In this document: one piece after another, positions 30,040-46,201 of the stretch
How the letters are laid out: the number at the start of each line of letters is the position of its first letter
Numbering within the stretch: position 1 is the stretch's first letter
Sequence record: NC_027399.1
Reading direction: 5' to 3' (one strand)
DNA: 64,000 bases
Position numbers and translations under genes: made by a program
The notes under the pieces: generated by a model
Told to the model about the DNA's origin: nothing
Seen by the model: only the letters and a program-made list of their open reading frames with translations
The model's database searches: none

Positions 30040-30333
30040 ATGGCTAAACATGAAGACAAAGTACAAATTGAAGATCTAAATAATGAACAACGCAAACGTC
30101 TTAGTGACGGTCTGAACAATGCAGTAGTTCAACTTACTTTTATTGATGATACCAAAGCCTCACTGAAAGATTTTATTGATTCACTGGCTGACGAACTCGG
30201 TATCGATGCAAGTGATATCAAACAAGCCGCCAATACTATCTATAAACAAAACTTCTTCGATAAATCCAGTAAGCATGATAAAATCGAAACTATTCTAAGT
30301 ATTACTGGTAATCTTCCACAAGCCGACGATTAA
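30040..30333 (+). CDS. Small dsDNA-binding protein resembling T4 DsbA
   Basis: TKASLKDFIDSLADELGID..DIKQAANTIYKQNF resembles the T4 DsbA family (recalled, not searched). Confidence 0.5.
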   Translation: MAKHEDKVQIEDLNNEQRKRLSDGLNNAVVQLTFIDDTKASLKDFIDSLADELGIDASDIKQAANTIYKQNFFDKSSKHDKIETILSITGNLPQADD

Positions 30334-30345
30334 TACATTATAAAT

Positions 30346-30371
30346 AAAAGCCTCCTTTTCTGGAGGCTTTT
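30346..30371 (+). terminator. Intrinsic terminator
   Basis: AAAAGCCTCC-ttttct-GGAGGCTTTT. Confidence 0.75.
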
Positions 30372-30408
30372 TCTATCTGTTAAGTGCAATTAAAAATAAG
30401 GAAATTTA

Positions 30409-33400
30409 ATGTATATTGATGCATATATGGAACGAAAACGTAGTGGTGATGTGTTGCATGTAGTAGAACGAAAAAATGGAAAGCGTATTCTACGAGAATT
30501 ACAACCACTATATGAGTATTATGTAGAAAATGTTAATGGTAATCACAAAACCATTTATGGTACTAAAGCAGAAAAACTGGAATTCGATACTGCATCTGAA
30601 CTAAAACGAAGTATAGAAAAAAATGTAGCAAATGGAATCAGAACATTTGAAGGTAAATTCAATGTTGTATTCAAAACACTTGCTCAATATTATATGGGTA
30701 CTGAATCACCAGATTTAAACATTGTATTCTTCGATATAGAAACTGATTTTCATAAGAAATTTGGTTATGCATCTCCATCTAATCCCTTTAATCGTGTAAC
30801 AGCCATTTCATTATATCAGTCATGGACAGGTAAAGATTATGTACTTACCCTTGCTCCAGAAGATATGACAACAACAGAAGCACAGGATATTGTCAATAAA
30901 CTAAATGCGGAAACTAATGATCCAAATTCAAGTGTAATTCTTTATACTGATGAAAAGGAAATGTTCATGGATTTCTTTAGTCTAATTGATGATAGTGATG
31001 TATTATCTGGATGGAATAGTGAATTTTTTGATATTCCTTACATGATTAACAGAACCAAAATTATCTTCAATGAAGCCATGACTGCTCGTTGGTGTTTATG
31101 GAATAAAAAACCAATTGCACGTGAAGCGGATAACTTTGGTAAATTGGTACAGACTTATGATTTGGTTGGTCGAGTTCATCTTGATTATCTTGCTCTTTAT
31201 AAGAAACACGCTGCTCAGGTAGAGCAATCGTATAAACTTGATTATATCGCAGAAAAAATCACAAAAGAAAATAAAGTACAGTACGAAGGATCTCTGGATA
31301 AATTATATAGAGAAGATTATATGACTTTCCTTCGATATTCTAAACAGGATAGCATTCTTCTCAAAAAAATCGATTCTATTCTTGACTATATTAGTCTGCA
31401 TAACCGACTTGCACATAAAGAATGTGTTCTCATCAAAACTACTATGGGTTCAGTAGCACTGATTGACACTTCAATTATCAATCTAGCACACAAACGTGGT
31501 GAAGTGGTATTTGATAAAAAAGAAGAGGTTGAAATTGATCCAGAACTTGAGTACTATGATGGATACGATGATGATGAAGACAATAATGATTCAAAACTCA
31601 GTGCAAAAGCAGCAGGTGCATGGGTACAAGACCCAATATTAGGATTAGTTGAATACTTGGGTTGTACTGACTTTAACTCACTTTACCCAACTGTACTTCG
31701 AACTCTAGGAATGAGTACTGAATGTATTCTTGGGCAAATTAGACAAGATTATACAGAAAAATACTTAGAAGAACGTATATCTGAACAAAAAGCAAAGTCT
31801 AAATCAAAATCATTTGAACCGGAGTGGACAGCAGCATGGCATGGTTTATTCGCCGCCGTGGAGTTTACGATGGTACATGAAAGAAGTGAAAAACTACTGA
31901 CTATTGATTTAGAAGATGGTAGTTCTTTCCAGGCAACGGGTTCACAGTTATATGATATTATATTCAGTCCAGAAAGTACTATTGTACTTAGTGCAAATGG
32001 AACACTATTTGATAAATCAAAATATGGTGTTATTCCAGATATCCTAACGCAATGGTATTCTGAGCGTAAAGCCCAGCAAAAAATGGTAATTGATTATAAA
32101 CATATGGCTTCAGATGGTTGGGAAATTCCATCACCTGATATTGTTCAAAATATGTTTTCACAATTCAGTACTAAATCATACTATAAAACAAACCTTCATG
32201 AAGAAGATCCAGTATATCTTCTACGTAAAGCTATAGGTGATAATAATCTTGAAGAAATTTCTCGTCTTATTGTAGAAAATAATTTAGTACTAAAAGATGG
32301 ACGTATTTTTTGTTCAGATGAGGATAAAAAATATTTCAAACAACAAAGTGCTTTCTGGAAACAAAACCAACAAATTCGTAAAATTCTTCTAAACAGTCTT
32401 TATGGTGCACTATTGAACAAAGGAAGTACTTTCTTTGATAAACGACTTGGACAATCAGTAACACTAACTGGCCGCTCAATGACAAAACACATGGCAAGTC
32501 GCATTAATGAAATTACTACTGGGGTTTATAATCACACTGGTGGTAGTGTTATATATGGTGATACCGATTCTGTGTACTTCAGCGTTGTTCATTATTTAAA
32601 AGAACAAAACATTCCATGTGATCTAAGTAAAGAAGAGATTGTGGATATGTATATAAAAATTGGCGATGAAGTGGGTGAATCTTTTCCTGAATTTATGGAC
32701 AAAATGTTCAATACTGGAATTGAAAAAGGTAAAATTGTAGGTGCTGATCTGGAAATGGTTGGCTCCCGAGGGCTGTTCCTTAAAAAGAAACGTTATGCTA
32801 TACTGAAATATTGGGAAGATGGGTTCCGTAAAGATGTTGATGGTAAACCTGGTGAAATCAAAGCAATGGGGCTTGAGATTAAGCGTTCAGATACACCAAA
32901 ATACATCCAGAACTTCCTTGAAGAGACTTTAATGGCATTACTGGTAGGGGAGTCCGAGAGTGAATTAAAACAGCGTGTACGTGATTTTAAGGCGGTATTT
33001 AAGGACAAACCAGCACACGAAAAGGGTTCGCCTAGAACAGTGAAAAATTATTCAAACCTTGAAGCTGATTTTAAAAATACTGGTAAATGTCATGTAGGTC
33101 ACGTCCTCGCTGGTATTCAATGGAATATGTTACGCAATGCATATGATGATAAAACTGTGCCAGAAGTTACTGATGGTACTAAAGTGATTGTATGTGATTT
33201 GAAACCAAATCCACTTGGAATTACTAAAATTGGTTATCCAATTGATTGTGTTGAGTACTTACCTGAGTGGTTCCTTGAATTACCGTTCGATACAGATAAA
33301 ATGGAAGAAATTATCTTAACTAAAAAACTGGATAATATCTTTGGTATTCTTGATATGGATATTGGTATTCATGAAAAAAGTACTGCACAGGATTTTGGAT

Positions 33401-33411
33401 TTTTCTCGTAA
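30409..33411 (+). CDS. gp43: Family B DNA polymerase, gp43-like
   Basis: ExoI FFDIETD, ExoII GWNSEFFDIPY, motif A DFNSLYPT, motif B KILLNSLYG, motif C YGDTDS, KKRYA. Confidence 0.97.
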   Translation: MYIDAYMERKRSGDVLHVVERKNGKRILRELQPLYEYYVENVNGNHKTIYGTKAEKLEFDTASELKRSIEKNVANGIRTFEGKFNVVFKTLAQYYMGTESPDLNIVFFDIETDFHKKFGYASPSNPFNRVTAISLYQSWTGKDYVLTLAPEDMTTTEAQDIVNKLNAETNDPNSSVILYTDEKEMFMDFFSLIDDSDVLSGWNSEFFDIPYMINRTKIIFNEAMTARWCLWNKKPIAREADNFGKLVQTYDLVGRVHLDYLALYKKHAAQVEQSYKLDYIAEKITKENKVQYEGSLDKLYREDYMTFLRYSKQDSILLKKIDSILDYISLHNRLAHKECVLIKTTMGSVALIDTSIINLAHKRGEVVFDKKEEVEIDPELEYYDGYDDDEDNNDSKLSAKAAGAWVQDPILGLVEYLGCTDFNSLYPTVLRTLGMSTECILGQIRQDYTEKYLEERISEQKAKSKSKSFEPEWTAAWHGLFAAVEFTMVHERSEKLLTIDLEDGSSFQATGSQLYDIIFSPESTIVLSANGTLFDKSKYGVIPDILTQWYSERKAQQKMVIDYKHMASDGWEIPSPDIVQNMFSQFSTKSYYKTNLHEEDPVYLLRKAIGDNNLEEISRLIVENNLVLKDGRIFCSDEDKKYFKQQSAFWKQNQQIRKILLNSLYGALLNKGSTFFDKRLGQSVTLTGRSMTKHMASRINEITTGVYNHTGGSVIYGDTDSVYFSVVHYLKEQNIPCDLSKEEIVDMYIKIGDEVGESFPEFMDKMFNTGIEKGKIVGADLEMVGSRGLFLKKKRYAILKYWEDGFRKDVDGKPGEIKAMGLEIKRSDTPKYIQNFLEETLMALLVGESESELKQRVRDFKAVFKDKPAHEKGSPRTVKNYSNLEADFKNTGKCHVGHVLAGIQWNMLRNAYDDKTVPEVTDGTKVIVCDLKPNPLGITKIGYPIDCVEYLPEWFLELPFDTDKMEEIILTKKLDNIFGILDMDIGIHEKSTAQDFGFFS

Positions 33412-33423
33412 TGATGGTGATAT

Positions 33424-33786
33424 ATGTTTGAAGATGAAATTCAAAGGAATAATGAATTGTATGAAGAGTATAAAAAAATGAAATCTGAAACAAAACAAAA
33501 GAACATTAACATAAGAATTACAGAATGTCTAATGAGTAATACTATCGATTCAGTACTGGCATATGATGCAATAGATGAGGACATTCTAACCAAGAATGGT
33601 TTCGTTAGAACAGGAACTATTTCTTTGTGTAATGAGATTGTTGGTGTTTATAGAAACCCAGTAAATAAAAAAACTTTTACTATAGAAATTGGTGATGATG
33701 TAGAACATCCATCAAATTTCATTGAAAAGGTTAACAATGAAATAATTAAAAAATCAGATAAACACTATCTGTACAACTGGAAATAA
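33424..33786 (+). CDS. Hypothetical protein
   Basis: 120-aa ORF after the polymerase. Confidence 0.6.
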   Translation: MFEDEIQRNNELYEEYKKMKSETKQKNINIRITECLMSNTIDSVLAYDAIDEDILTKNGFVRTGTISLCNEIVGVYRNPVNKKTFTIEIGDDVEHPSNFIEKVNNEIIKKSDKHYLYNWK

Positions 33787-33807
33787 TTATTTTTTTTATT
33801 AAAAAAT

Positions 33808-33836
33808 CTGAACAAGACAAGCATTTGTGATAAAAT
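33808..33836 (+). promoter_or_regulatory. Early/middle promoter CTGAAC-N17-TAAAAT
   Basis: Upstream of the clamp gene; TGn extended -10. Confidence 0.55.
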
Positions 33837-33899
33837 GCTTGTGTTGGAAAAGCAAAGAAACAACGATTAAATTTATAAAATAACAAAGAGGAATTAAAT

Positions 33900-34643
33900 A
33901 TGGATCTACGCAGTGTACTACGCGATCTGATGAACACTACTTCTAGTATGAATTTTGATAAAATTTCCATTACTAAAGAAGATCGTGGTGATGGTGAAAA
34001 AATTTATATGGAAAGTAAAGCAGATCAAAATGCTATTGTAATGCGTGCGTATGTAAAAGAGTCCGTACCTGAACTGGTTGAACTAAGTGGTCGTTTTGGT
34101 CTAGGTCAACTAGGTTTACTACAAGGTCTTCTGAATCTTAATACATTTAAGACTGAAGACACAAAAATTGTACCAATTATCAAAGATGGTGCTGTTAAAA
34201 GTCTAACCTTTACATCACCAGAAGCAACAACCAATTTTGTTGTTATTTCTGATAAACTAACACCACAGGCTGTTAAAGTTGCTGAGCGTGGTTATGAAAT
34301 TCAAGTAACACCAAGTGCTTCTAAAATTCAGGAACTCAAAAACTTTAGTTCTCTGTTCAAATCAATGAGTACTAAAATTACTCCTTACACCGAAAATGGG
34401 ACTCTATATTTCTCTTGTGGTGAGAAAAATAAAAATACTTCAGGTGGTGTACTTGCATTCTGCCTGTGTGATGTTGAATACCCAATGCTACAAGGCTATG
34501 AAATTGATTCAGTACTATCAGCTACTGCTCGTGTAGCAAACGCAGAAAGTACTGAAATGTTTATTACAAATAAAGGTCTAATGAAAATTAAAGTTGATAC
34601 TGGAATTGCAGTATACGAATTTTTCATGCAAGGTTCAGTATAA
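33900..34643 (+). CDS. gp45: Sliding clamp, gp45-like
   Basis: 247 aa, FGLGQLGLLQGLL segment, beta-rich; size and context near the polymerase fit a clamp. Confidence 0.6.
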   Translation: MDLRSVLRDLMNTTSSMNFDKISITKEDRGDGEKIYMESKADQNAIVMRAYVKESVPELVELSGRFGLGQLGLLQGLLNLNTFKTEDTKIVPIIKDGAVKSLTFTSPEATTNFVVISDKLTPQAVKVAERGYEIQVTPSASKIQELKNFSSLFKSMSTKITPYTENGTLYFSCGEKNKNTSGGVLAFCLCDVEYPMLQGYEIDSVLSATARVANAESTEMFITNKGLMKIKVDTGIAVYEFFMQGSV

Positions 34644-34654
34644 GTAATAACTAA

Positions 34655-34678
34655 AATGGGGAAATGAATTTCCCCATT
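34655..34678 (+). terminator. Hairpin after the clamp gene
   Basis: AATGGGGAAA-tgaa-TTTCCCCATT. Confidence 0.55.
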
Positions 34679-34701
34679 ATAATAAAGGAGAAAATATAAA
34701 A

Positions 34702-34908
34702 ATGCCAATTTATACTTATCGTTGTAGTACCGAAAATTGTACTAATGTAGAAGATAAAATTGTTAAATATTCAGAACGTGAAAATCCAAAAGACTGTAAA
34801 GTGTGTGGTTCTGAAAAATCAATGCATTTTGAAAATTTCACACCGGGTGACAAAGGTGCAGCTTTTAACTACAAAGGAAATTGGTTGAATACCACAGGGA
34901 GATATTAA
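34702..34908 (+). CDS. FmdB-family zinc-ribbon protein
   Basis: MPIYTYRC..ENC...CKVCG...AAFNYKGNW. Confidence 0.8.
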   Translation: MPIYTYRCSTENCTNVEDKIVKYSERENPKDCKVCGSEKSMHFENFTPGDKGAAFNYKGNWLNTTGRY

Positions 34909-34909
34909 T

Positions 34910-35209
34910 ATGAAATTAAAAATGATTAATGATTATGTACTGGTAAAACTTATTAAAGCAGAGGATACTAGTGCTGGTGGTATTATTCTAAGCAATGTTG
35001 AACCGCCTTGTGTCGGTCTTGTATTGTCAGTAGGTAAGGGTAAAGTTCTACCTAATGGCGAAATTGCTGAACATGATATTAAAGAAGGTGATATGGTTAT
35101 TTTTGGTAAATCATCCCTTAATATACCAATTGAAGAAGATCTTGGTGGTGGAAAGGATACTTATCATGTAATGAAAATTGAAGAAGTGTTTGGTAAGAAA
35201 TATGCATAA
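34910..35209 (+). CDS. groES: Co-chaperonin GroES-like
   Basis: MINDYVLVK...TSAGGIIL...GLVLSVGKG...IKEGDMVIFGK. Confidence 0.9.
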   Translation: MKLKMINDYVLVKLIKAEDTSAGGIILSNVEPPCVGLVLSVGKGKVLPNGEIAEHDIKEGDMVIFGKSSLNIPIEEDLGGGKDTYHVMKIEEVFGKKYA

Positions 35210-35909
35210 GAAAAAACGTCTCTTTCCATTTTGGTTAATTCCAGCCCATTGGGGATTAACTGGAAAAGCAAAAGAACTCGCTAAAATCAATTATTATTAT
35301 TCAGGAAAAGATGCTGATCTTATGAGTGCAGAACATATGTACTTAACTCCATATGAAATTGATAAAGCAAAAATGGAAATCAACAAAAAATATGATGATA
35401 TTAGTGAACTACTATATCGTATCGGTGTTGTTGATTTGGATTTAAAATACAATCGAATTTCTAAACTGGAGCACAGTAATTTAGTACTGGACATTCGATA
35501 TGAATTAAAAGAACTGGATGAAAAAGAGTACGAAGCTCAAAAAATCGAATTACTTCCTGATGGTGTGGAAAAGAAATTAGCTGCAATTGAATATTCATAT
35601 AAGTATCATGAGATTACTGAAAATGAATATCATAAAGAAATCGCAACTATTAACAAAGAACCATGGGGTCAATTATATTCATCATATAATCCAGAAGAAG
35701 GTTCAATTGAATTTTCTTTTGATTATAATGAATATTTTTGGAAAAAACTAAAAGCTGATGGTCATCCGGGTAATGACGAAGATGAGATTATCGATAATTA
35801 TATCAGATATTGTTGTCGAAACATTGCACAGGATGATAATGAAGTTTCTGAAAGTGATGATGTGGTAATTCCAGACATTCTTCCCGAAGGATTTAAATCT
35901 TACAAATAA
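35178..35909 (+). CDS. Hypothetical protein
   Basis: Long helical acidic ORF; PFWLIPAHWGL N-terminal motif; true start probably the ATG at 35202. Confidence 0.65.
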   Translation: MKKCLVRNMHKKKRLFPFWLIPAHWGLTGKAKELAKINYYYSGKDADLMSAEHMYLTPYEIDKAKMEINKKYDDISELLYRIGVVDLDLKYNRISKLEHSNLVLDIRYELKELDEKEYEAQKIELLPDGVEKKLAAIEYSYKYHEITENEYHKEIATINKEPWGQLYSSYNPEEGSIEFSFDYNEYFWKKLKADGHPGNDEDEIIDNYIRYCCRNIAQDDNEVSESDDVVIPDILPEGFKSYK

Positions 35910-35910
35910 T

Positions 35911-35944
35911 AAAAAAGGAGAATCAGTTTGATTCTCCTTTTTTT
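35911..35944. terminator. Bidirectional terminator
   Basis: AAAAAAGGAGAATC-agttt-GATTCTCCTTTTTTT between convergent genes. Confidence 0.85.
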
Positions 35945-35955
35945 TATATTAAAAA

Positions 35956-36651
35956 TTAGCTTACCAGAGCAGGGATCCATTTATACATCTTAATGGCGAA
36001 ATCACCAGCAGCATCAGCAGCGGTACTTAGTAGTGGAACTACGGTAACGCCATCTTTAGCCAGCATTGGAACACCAGTGAGATCATCAATCAACAGACGA
36101 CCTACTTCTTTTTCAGTACTTGGAACACCTTGGAAAGAACGAATGTTTTTATCAAATACATCAGCACGTTCGATCATAAAGGTAACAACAGTAGCAGCAG
36201 CGATTGAAGCAGTACCTACAGAAAGAACACCATTTGGTGCATTGGTAAAATCTTCAATAGCAACACCAGTAGGATTGCCAGCGATTTCAGAAGTACTCAG
36301 AATAACTGCACGTTGTTGGACAATATCAACAATACGTTGTAGATTCAGTTGAGCAGCATAGGCAGCATTGTAATCAGCTTCAAGAGTTGCAACAACGAAT
36401 GGAGTACCGTCAACGCGGATAATACCTTTTTCGTTAAGATAAGCAACGATTACTTCTGGTAGTTCAGTGTTTAGAAAACGTTGAACACCGACAAATGAAC
36501 TAATTGCACCAGTAACCATAAAATCAACATTACCTAGTTTACTTACAGCGATTGATGCAAGGGCATTCTTACCATAGAAGTAGCCAAGTACTTTATCATA
36601 AGAAAAGCCATTAATACGTTCAAATTCGGTATTAGTAGTATTAGTAGCCAT
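35956..36651 (-). CDS. Putative virion structural protein (paralog A)
   Basis: Ala/Val/Thr-rich, highly expressed codon usage; shares QQRAVILSTS and IERADVF motifs with the upstream gene. Confidence 0.6.
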   Translation of the reverse strand: MATNTTNTEFERINGFSYDKVLGYFYGKNALASIAVSKLGNVDFMVTGAISSFVGVQRFLNTELPEVIVAYLNEKGIIRVDGTPFVVATLEADYNAAYAAQLNLQRIVDIVQQRAVILSTSEIAGNPTGVAIEDFTNAPNGVLSVGTASIAAATVVTFMIERADVFDKNIRSFQGVPSTEKEVGRLLIDDLTGVPMLAKDGVTVVPLLSTAADAAGDFAIKMYKWIPALVS

Positions 36652-36666
36652 AGTTAATTCCCCTTA

Positions 36667-37275
36667 TTATAGTTGTACTGGTAGTGCAGCACGTACTTTA
36701 ACAGCAGCAGCAGTTGCAGCAGCGGCATTACCGCTTGCACCAGTACCACTTAGAGCATCGACAACGGCATCTTTAGTACGGAAAATACCAGCCTGTACCA
36801 GTGCTTTAGCTAGATCTTCTGCTGGGTTAACAGGGACGTCATAAGCAGCACCTGGACGTTTATCTTGTTTGTTGAATACGTCTTGGCGTTCGATGATCCA
36901 AGTAATAGCAACAGAACCAGCACCACCAGCAACATCAACGCCGCTGGTTGCAAATGCAACTACATTAGCAGAAGCGGTTTTGAAATTGGAAGGGATAACA
37001 ACATCAGTATCAAATGCAATTGTAGAAGTAGTAACCAGTACTGCACGTTGACGTAGCAGTGAAGTAATTACGAACTGATTGTATTGAGCATTGGTTAGTG
37101 CAGTTTGAAGTGCCTGATCTTGTTCTTCAGAACCATCAGAAGTTACTTTGGTATGACCAACTTCAACATCAGTTGGTAGATCAATTACTACGGTTACGAA
37201 ACCGTTATTACCACCCCACCATTCGCGGCTATCAGCACTCATACCATAGTTGCGGTTAAAAGAGTTAAGACTCAT
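36667..37275 (-). CDS. Putative virion structural protein (paralog B)
   Basis: AGGAG RBS; GATAAATA late-promoter-like motif upstream; RQRAVLVTTS and IERQDVF motifs. Confidence 0.6.
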   Translation of the reverse strand: MSLNSFNRNYGMSADSREWWGGNNGFVTVVIDLPTDVEVGHTKVTSDGSEEQDQALQTALTNAQYNQFVITSLLRQRAVLVTTSTIAFDTDVVIPSNFKTASANVVAFATSGVDVAGGAGSVAITWIIERQDVFNKQDKRPGAAYDVPVNPAEDLAKALVQAGIFRTKDAVVDALSGTGASGNAAAATAAAVKVRAALPVQL

Positions 37276-37408
37276 AAAAAAATCTCCTTAGTCAATTTTG
37301 TTGTAAGTTTTCACCTTACTTAAAGTTATTTATCAAAATAAATCAGACCCCATTAAAATATAATAAAAAAGTCCAATTTTAACATAATAATATTTATCTT
37401 TTAAATAT

Positions 37409-37438
37409 TTGAACGAATTAAAATCTAAATGATATAAT
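37409..37438 (+). promoter_or_regulatory. Early/middle promoter TTGAAC-N18-TATAAT
   Basis: Upstream of rnh; TGn extended -10. Confidence 0.65.
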
Positions 37439-37474
37439 ATTATTGCTTATTATGAAATGAAACGGAGTTCATAA

Positions 37475-38946
<1,472 letters not shown>

Positions 38947-38981
38947 TTCAGGAGAAATGATAAGGATATCATTTTATTTTT

Positions 38982-42318
<3,337 letters not shown>

Positions 42319-42343
42319 ATATCTAAATAAAATACTAAAATAA

Positions 42344-43636
<1,293 letters not shown>

Positions 43637-43643
43637 ATAAAAA

Positions 43644-43753
43644 CTGAACGAAAATCACCAATTTGATATAATGAATATTGTAAGGAGATGTACCTACAAA
43701 TATAAAAAAGCAGTTAAATAATTTTGAACAAAAACACAAAAATGTTCTATAAT
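43644..43753 (+). promoter_or_regulatory. Two tandem early/middle promoters for gp32
   Basis: CTGAAC-N17-TATAAT (43644-43672) and TTGAAC-N18-TATAAT (43724-43753). Confidence 0.65.
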
Positions 43754-43846
43754 TATTTGGTAGGAAGGAAGAATGAATTTTCTTCTGATATTAGTGACAA
43801 AGAAAATATAAACAAAGATGCAATTAAACATAAAGGACTATAATCT

Positions 43847-44932
43847 ATGAAAACTCTAGCAGAAATTCGTGCAGAACTAAAAGCTCAAGCTGAAAAACAA
43901 GAAGCTCAAAAGAATGGTACATTTGTTGGTGAACGTAAACCAGATTCTTTCTTGGCTTTTTGGAATGTTGGTTTAAATGAAACTCTAAACCTTCGTTTTC
44001 TACCTGATGCAGATGAATCAAATCCATATTTCTGGCGTGAACGTGATATGATTAATCTTACCTTTAATGGTATTAAAGGTGTTAAACAAGAACGTGTAAC
44101 TGTTCAAGTGCCATGTAATGAAATGTGGGTACCAAAAAGCTGCCCAGTATTGACTGAAGTTCGCAAATGGTTTGATGAAGCAAATAAAACCGAAAACGAG
44201 GAACTGAAAAAACTAGCATCCTCTTACTGGAAAAAGAAAACCTATCTGATGCAATGTTTTATTGCTCCAGACAGTGCACCAGTTAAAGATGATATTGCTC
44301 CAGAAAACCCAATTCGTCGAATTCTAGCTAATAAAGATATCTTCGAAAAAGTAAAATCCATTCTACTTAATCCTGGTATCAAAGAAATGCCAACTCACTT
44401 CGAATATGGTCGTGATTTTGGTATTACTAAAACTAAAAATGGTGGTGGGTATAACAATTATGATAGTTCACAATTTTCTATGTCTGAACGTCCACTGAGT
44501 GCAGAAGAACGTGCAGCAATTGAAAAATATGGTCTGTATAATCTAAATGATTTTATGCCAAAACAACCAAATGCAGAAGAACTAAAAGCAATCAAAGAAA
44601 TGTTCGAAGCATCAGTGAATGGTGAAGCTTATGATCCAGATCGTTGGGCTTTTGCTTACCGTCCAGCAGGTGTTCAAAAACCACAAACTACATCTCCTGC
44701 TGATGTGATTGCTAGTGCAAATATTCAAACTCCATCTGTAAGTACTGAACCAACAACCCCTGTTGTAGAGAGTACCAGTACTGCTGCATCAGACCTGCTA
44801 AATCGCCTGAAAACTAACAGTACTGCACCAGTACAGGAACCAGTAGTTGCATCAGCACCAGTTCCTGAAACTACCAAAAGTACTGCTTCAGCAGCAGATC
44901 TAATTGCCCGTCTGAAACAACAACAAAAATAA
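43847..44932 (+). CDS. gp32: Single-stranded DNA-binding protein, gp32-like
   Basis: LRFLPD...VPC.EMW...CPV...YWKKKTYL..., GRDF.ITK....GYNNYDSSQF, low-complexity tail. Confidence 0.85.
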   Translation: MKTLAEIRAELKAQAEKQEAQKNGTFVGERKPDSFLAFWNVGLNETLNLRFLPDADESNPYFWRERDMINLTFNGIKGVKQERVTVQVPCNEMWVPKSCPVLTEVRKWFDEANKTENEELKKLASSYWKKKTYLMQCFIAPDSAPVKDDIAPENPIRRILANKDIFEKVKSILLNPGIKEMPTHFEYGRDFGITKTKNGGGYNNYDSSQFSMSERPLSAEERAAIEKYGLYNLNDFMPKQPNAEELKAIKEMFEASVNGEAYDPDRWAFAYRPAGVQKPQTTSPADVIASANIQTPSVSTEPTTPVVESTSTAASDLLNRLKTNSTAPVQEPVVASAPVPETTKSTASAADLIARLKQQQK

Positions 44933-44963
44933 TAAGTTTTTGGTAAAATATAGAGTATATAAT

Positions 44964-44989
44964 AAAGGAGCTATGGATTAGCTCCTTTT
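44964..44989 (+). terminator. Intrinsic terminator
   Basis: AAAGGAGCTA-tggat-TAGCTCCTTTT. Confidence 0.8.
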
Positions 44990-45005
44990 CATTTCAAATG
45001 GAGAA

Positions 45006-46124
45006 TTGAATATGAAACTGACAAGTGGTTTTGCTAATATTTTAAAAAATAGTACTGCATCAGTTAAAAAGAATACTGGTGTTAGCGTTGGATTCCATGA
45101 TCCTGATACATGGATCAGTACTGGTAATTATGCACTTAATTATCGTATTAGTGGTTACTTTGATCGTGGTATTCCACTAGGAAAAGTTGTAATGTTTGCA
45201 GGTGAATCTGGTGCAGGTAAATCATTCCTAGCTTCTGGTAATATAGCTCGTGAAGCACAAAAACAAGGTATTTTTGTAGTACTAATCGATTCAGAGAACG
45301 CTCTTGATTCTGATTGGTTAGAATCTTTAGGAGTAGATACTTCAGAAGATAAACTTCTAAAAGTTAACATGGGCATGGTAAACGACGTAGCCAAATTCAC
45401 ATATGAATTTATTGATGGATATCGTAAAGAATATCAAGATATCCCTCGTGAAGAACGCCAGAAAGTATTATTCATTGTGGATAGTATTGGTTTTCTATCT
45501 GTTCCTGCTGCTGTTGAACAATTCAAATCAGGGGATATGAAGGGGGACATGGGGATAAAGGCGAAGCAGCTAAAAGCTTATATTACTCAATGTGTGAACT
45601 CTTTTGGTGATCTGAATATTGGTATGGTTTGTGTGAATCATTCATATTCCTCACAAGACATGTTTAACCCAGATCCTGTTGTAGCCGGTGGTGCCGGACT
45701 TGTATATGCTTCTTCTATGGTAATTGCAATGGCTAAGTTGAAGTTAAAAGAAGATGAAGATGGAAATAAAACTTCAGAAGTTAATGGAATTCGTGCTAAA
45801 TGTAAAGTTATGAAGACTCGCTATAATAAACCTTTTGAGGATGTAGAAATTAAGATTCCGTGGAATACTGGCATGGATCCAAGAAGTGGTTTACTTGATA
45901 TGTTTGAGAAGTATAATTTGATTACAAAAACTGGCAATAGACTTCAATACACTGATATAGATACTGGTGAAGTAATTATTAAATTTCGTAAAGCATGGTC
46001 TAATAATGAAGACAACTGTTTAGATTTAGTAATGAATCAGTTTAAACGCAATCCATTAGTCGCACCAATCACTGAAGAAGAAAAAGGCGATGAGAACTTT
46101 GGTGTTGAACCAGATGTAGAATAA
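45006..46124 (+). CDS. uvsX: RecA-like recombinase UvsX
   Basis: WISTGNYALN, GESGAGKS, IDSENAL, IVDSIG, KTRYNKPF. Confidence 0.95.
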   Translation: MNMKLTSGFANILKNSTASVKKNTGVSVGFHDPDTWISTGNYALNYRISGYFDRGIPLGKVVMFAGESGAGKSFLASGNIAREAQKQGIFVVLIDSENALDSDWLESLGVDTSEDKLLKVNMGMVNDVAKFTYEFIDGYRKEYQDIPREERQKVLFIVDSIGFLSVPAAVEQFKSGDMKGDMGIKAKQLKAYITQCVNSFGDLNIGMVCVNHSYSSQDMFNPDPVVAGGAGLVYASSMVIAMAKLKLKEDEDGNKTSEVNGIRAKCKVMKTRYNKPFEDVEIKIPWNTGMDPRSGLLDMFEKYNLITKTGNRLQYTDIDTGEVIIKFRKAWSNNEDNCLDLVMNQFKRNPLVAPITEEEKGDENFGVEPDVE

Positions 46125-46201
46125 ATGTTTAAAATTATGGTTGATTTAGGTCAACCATTTTGTTATACTTTCAGTATAACATTTTAATTGAGAATTTACA
46201 G

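Noticed and set aside
32080-32370. Intein or foreign insertion in the DNA polymerase fingers
   Set aside because: No Hint motifs (no C/S start, no HN end); long fingers are normal for gp43-like enzymes.
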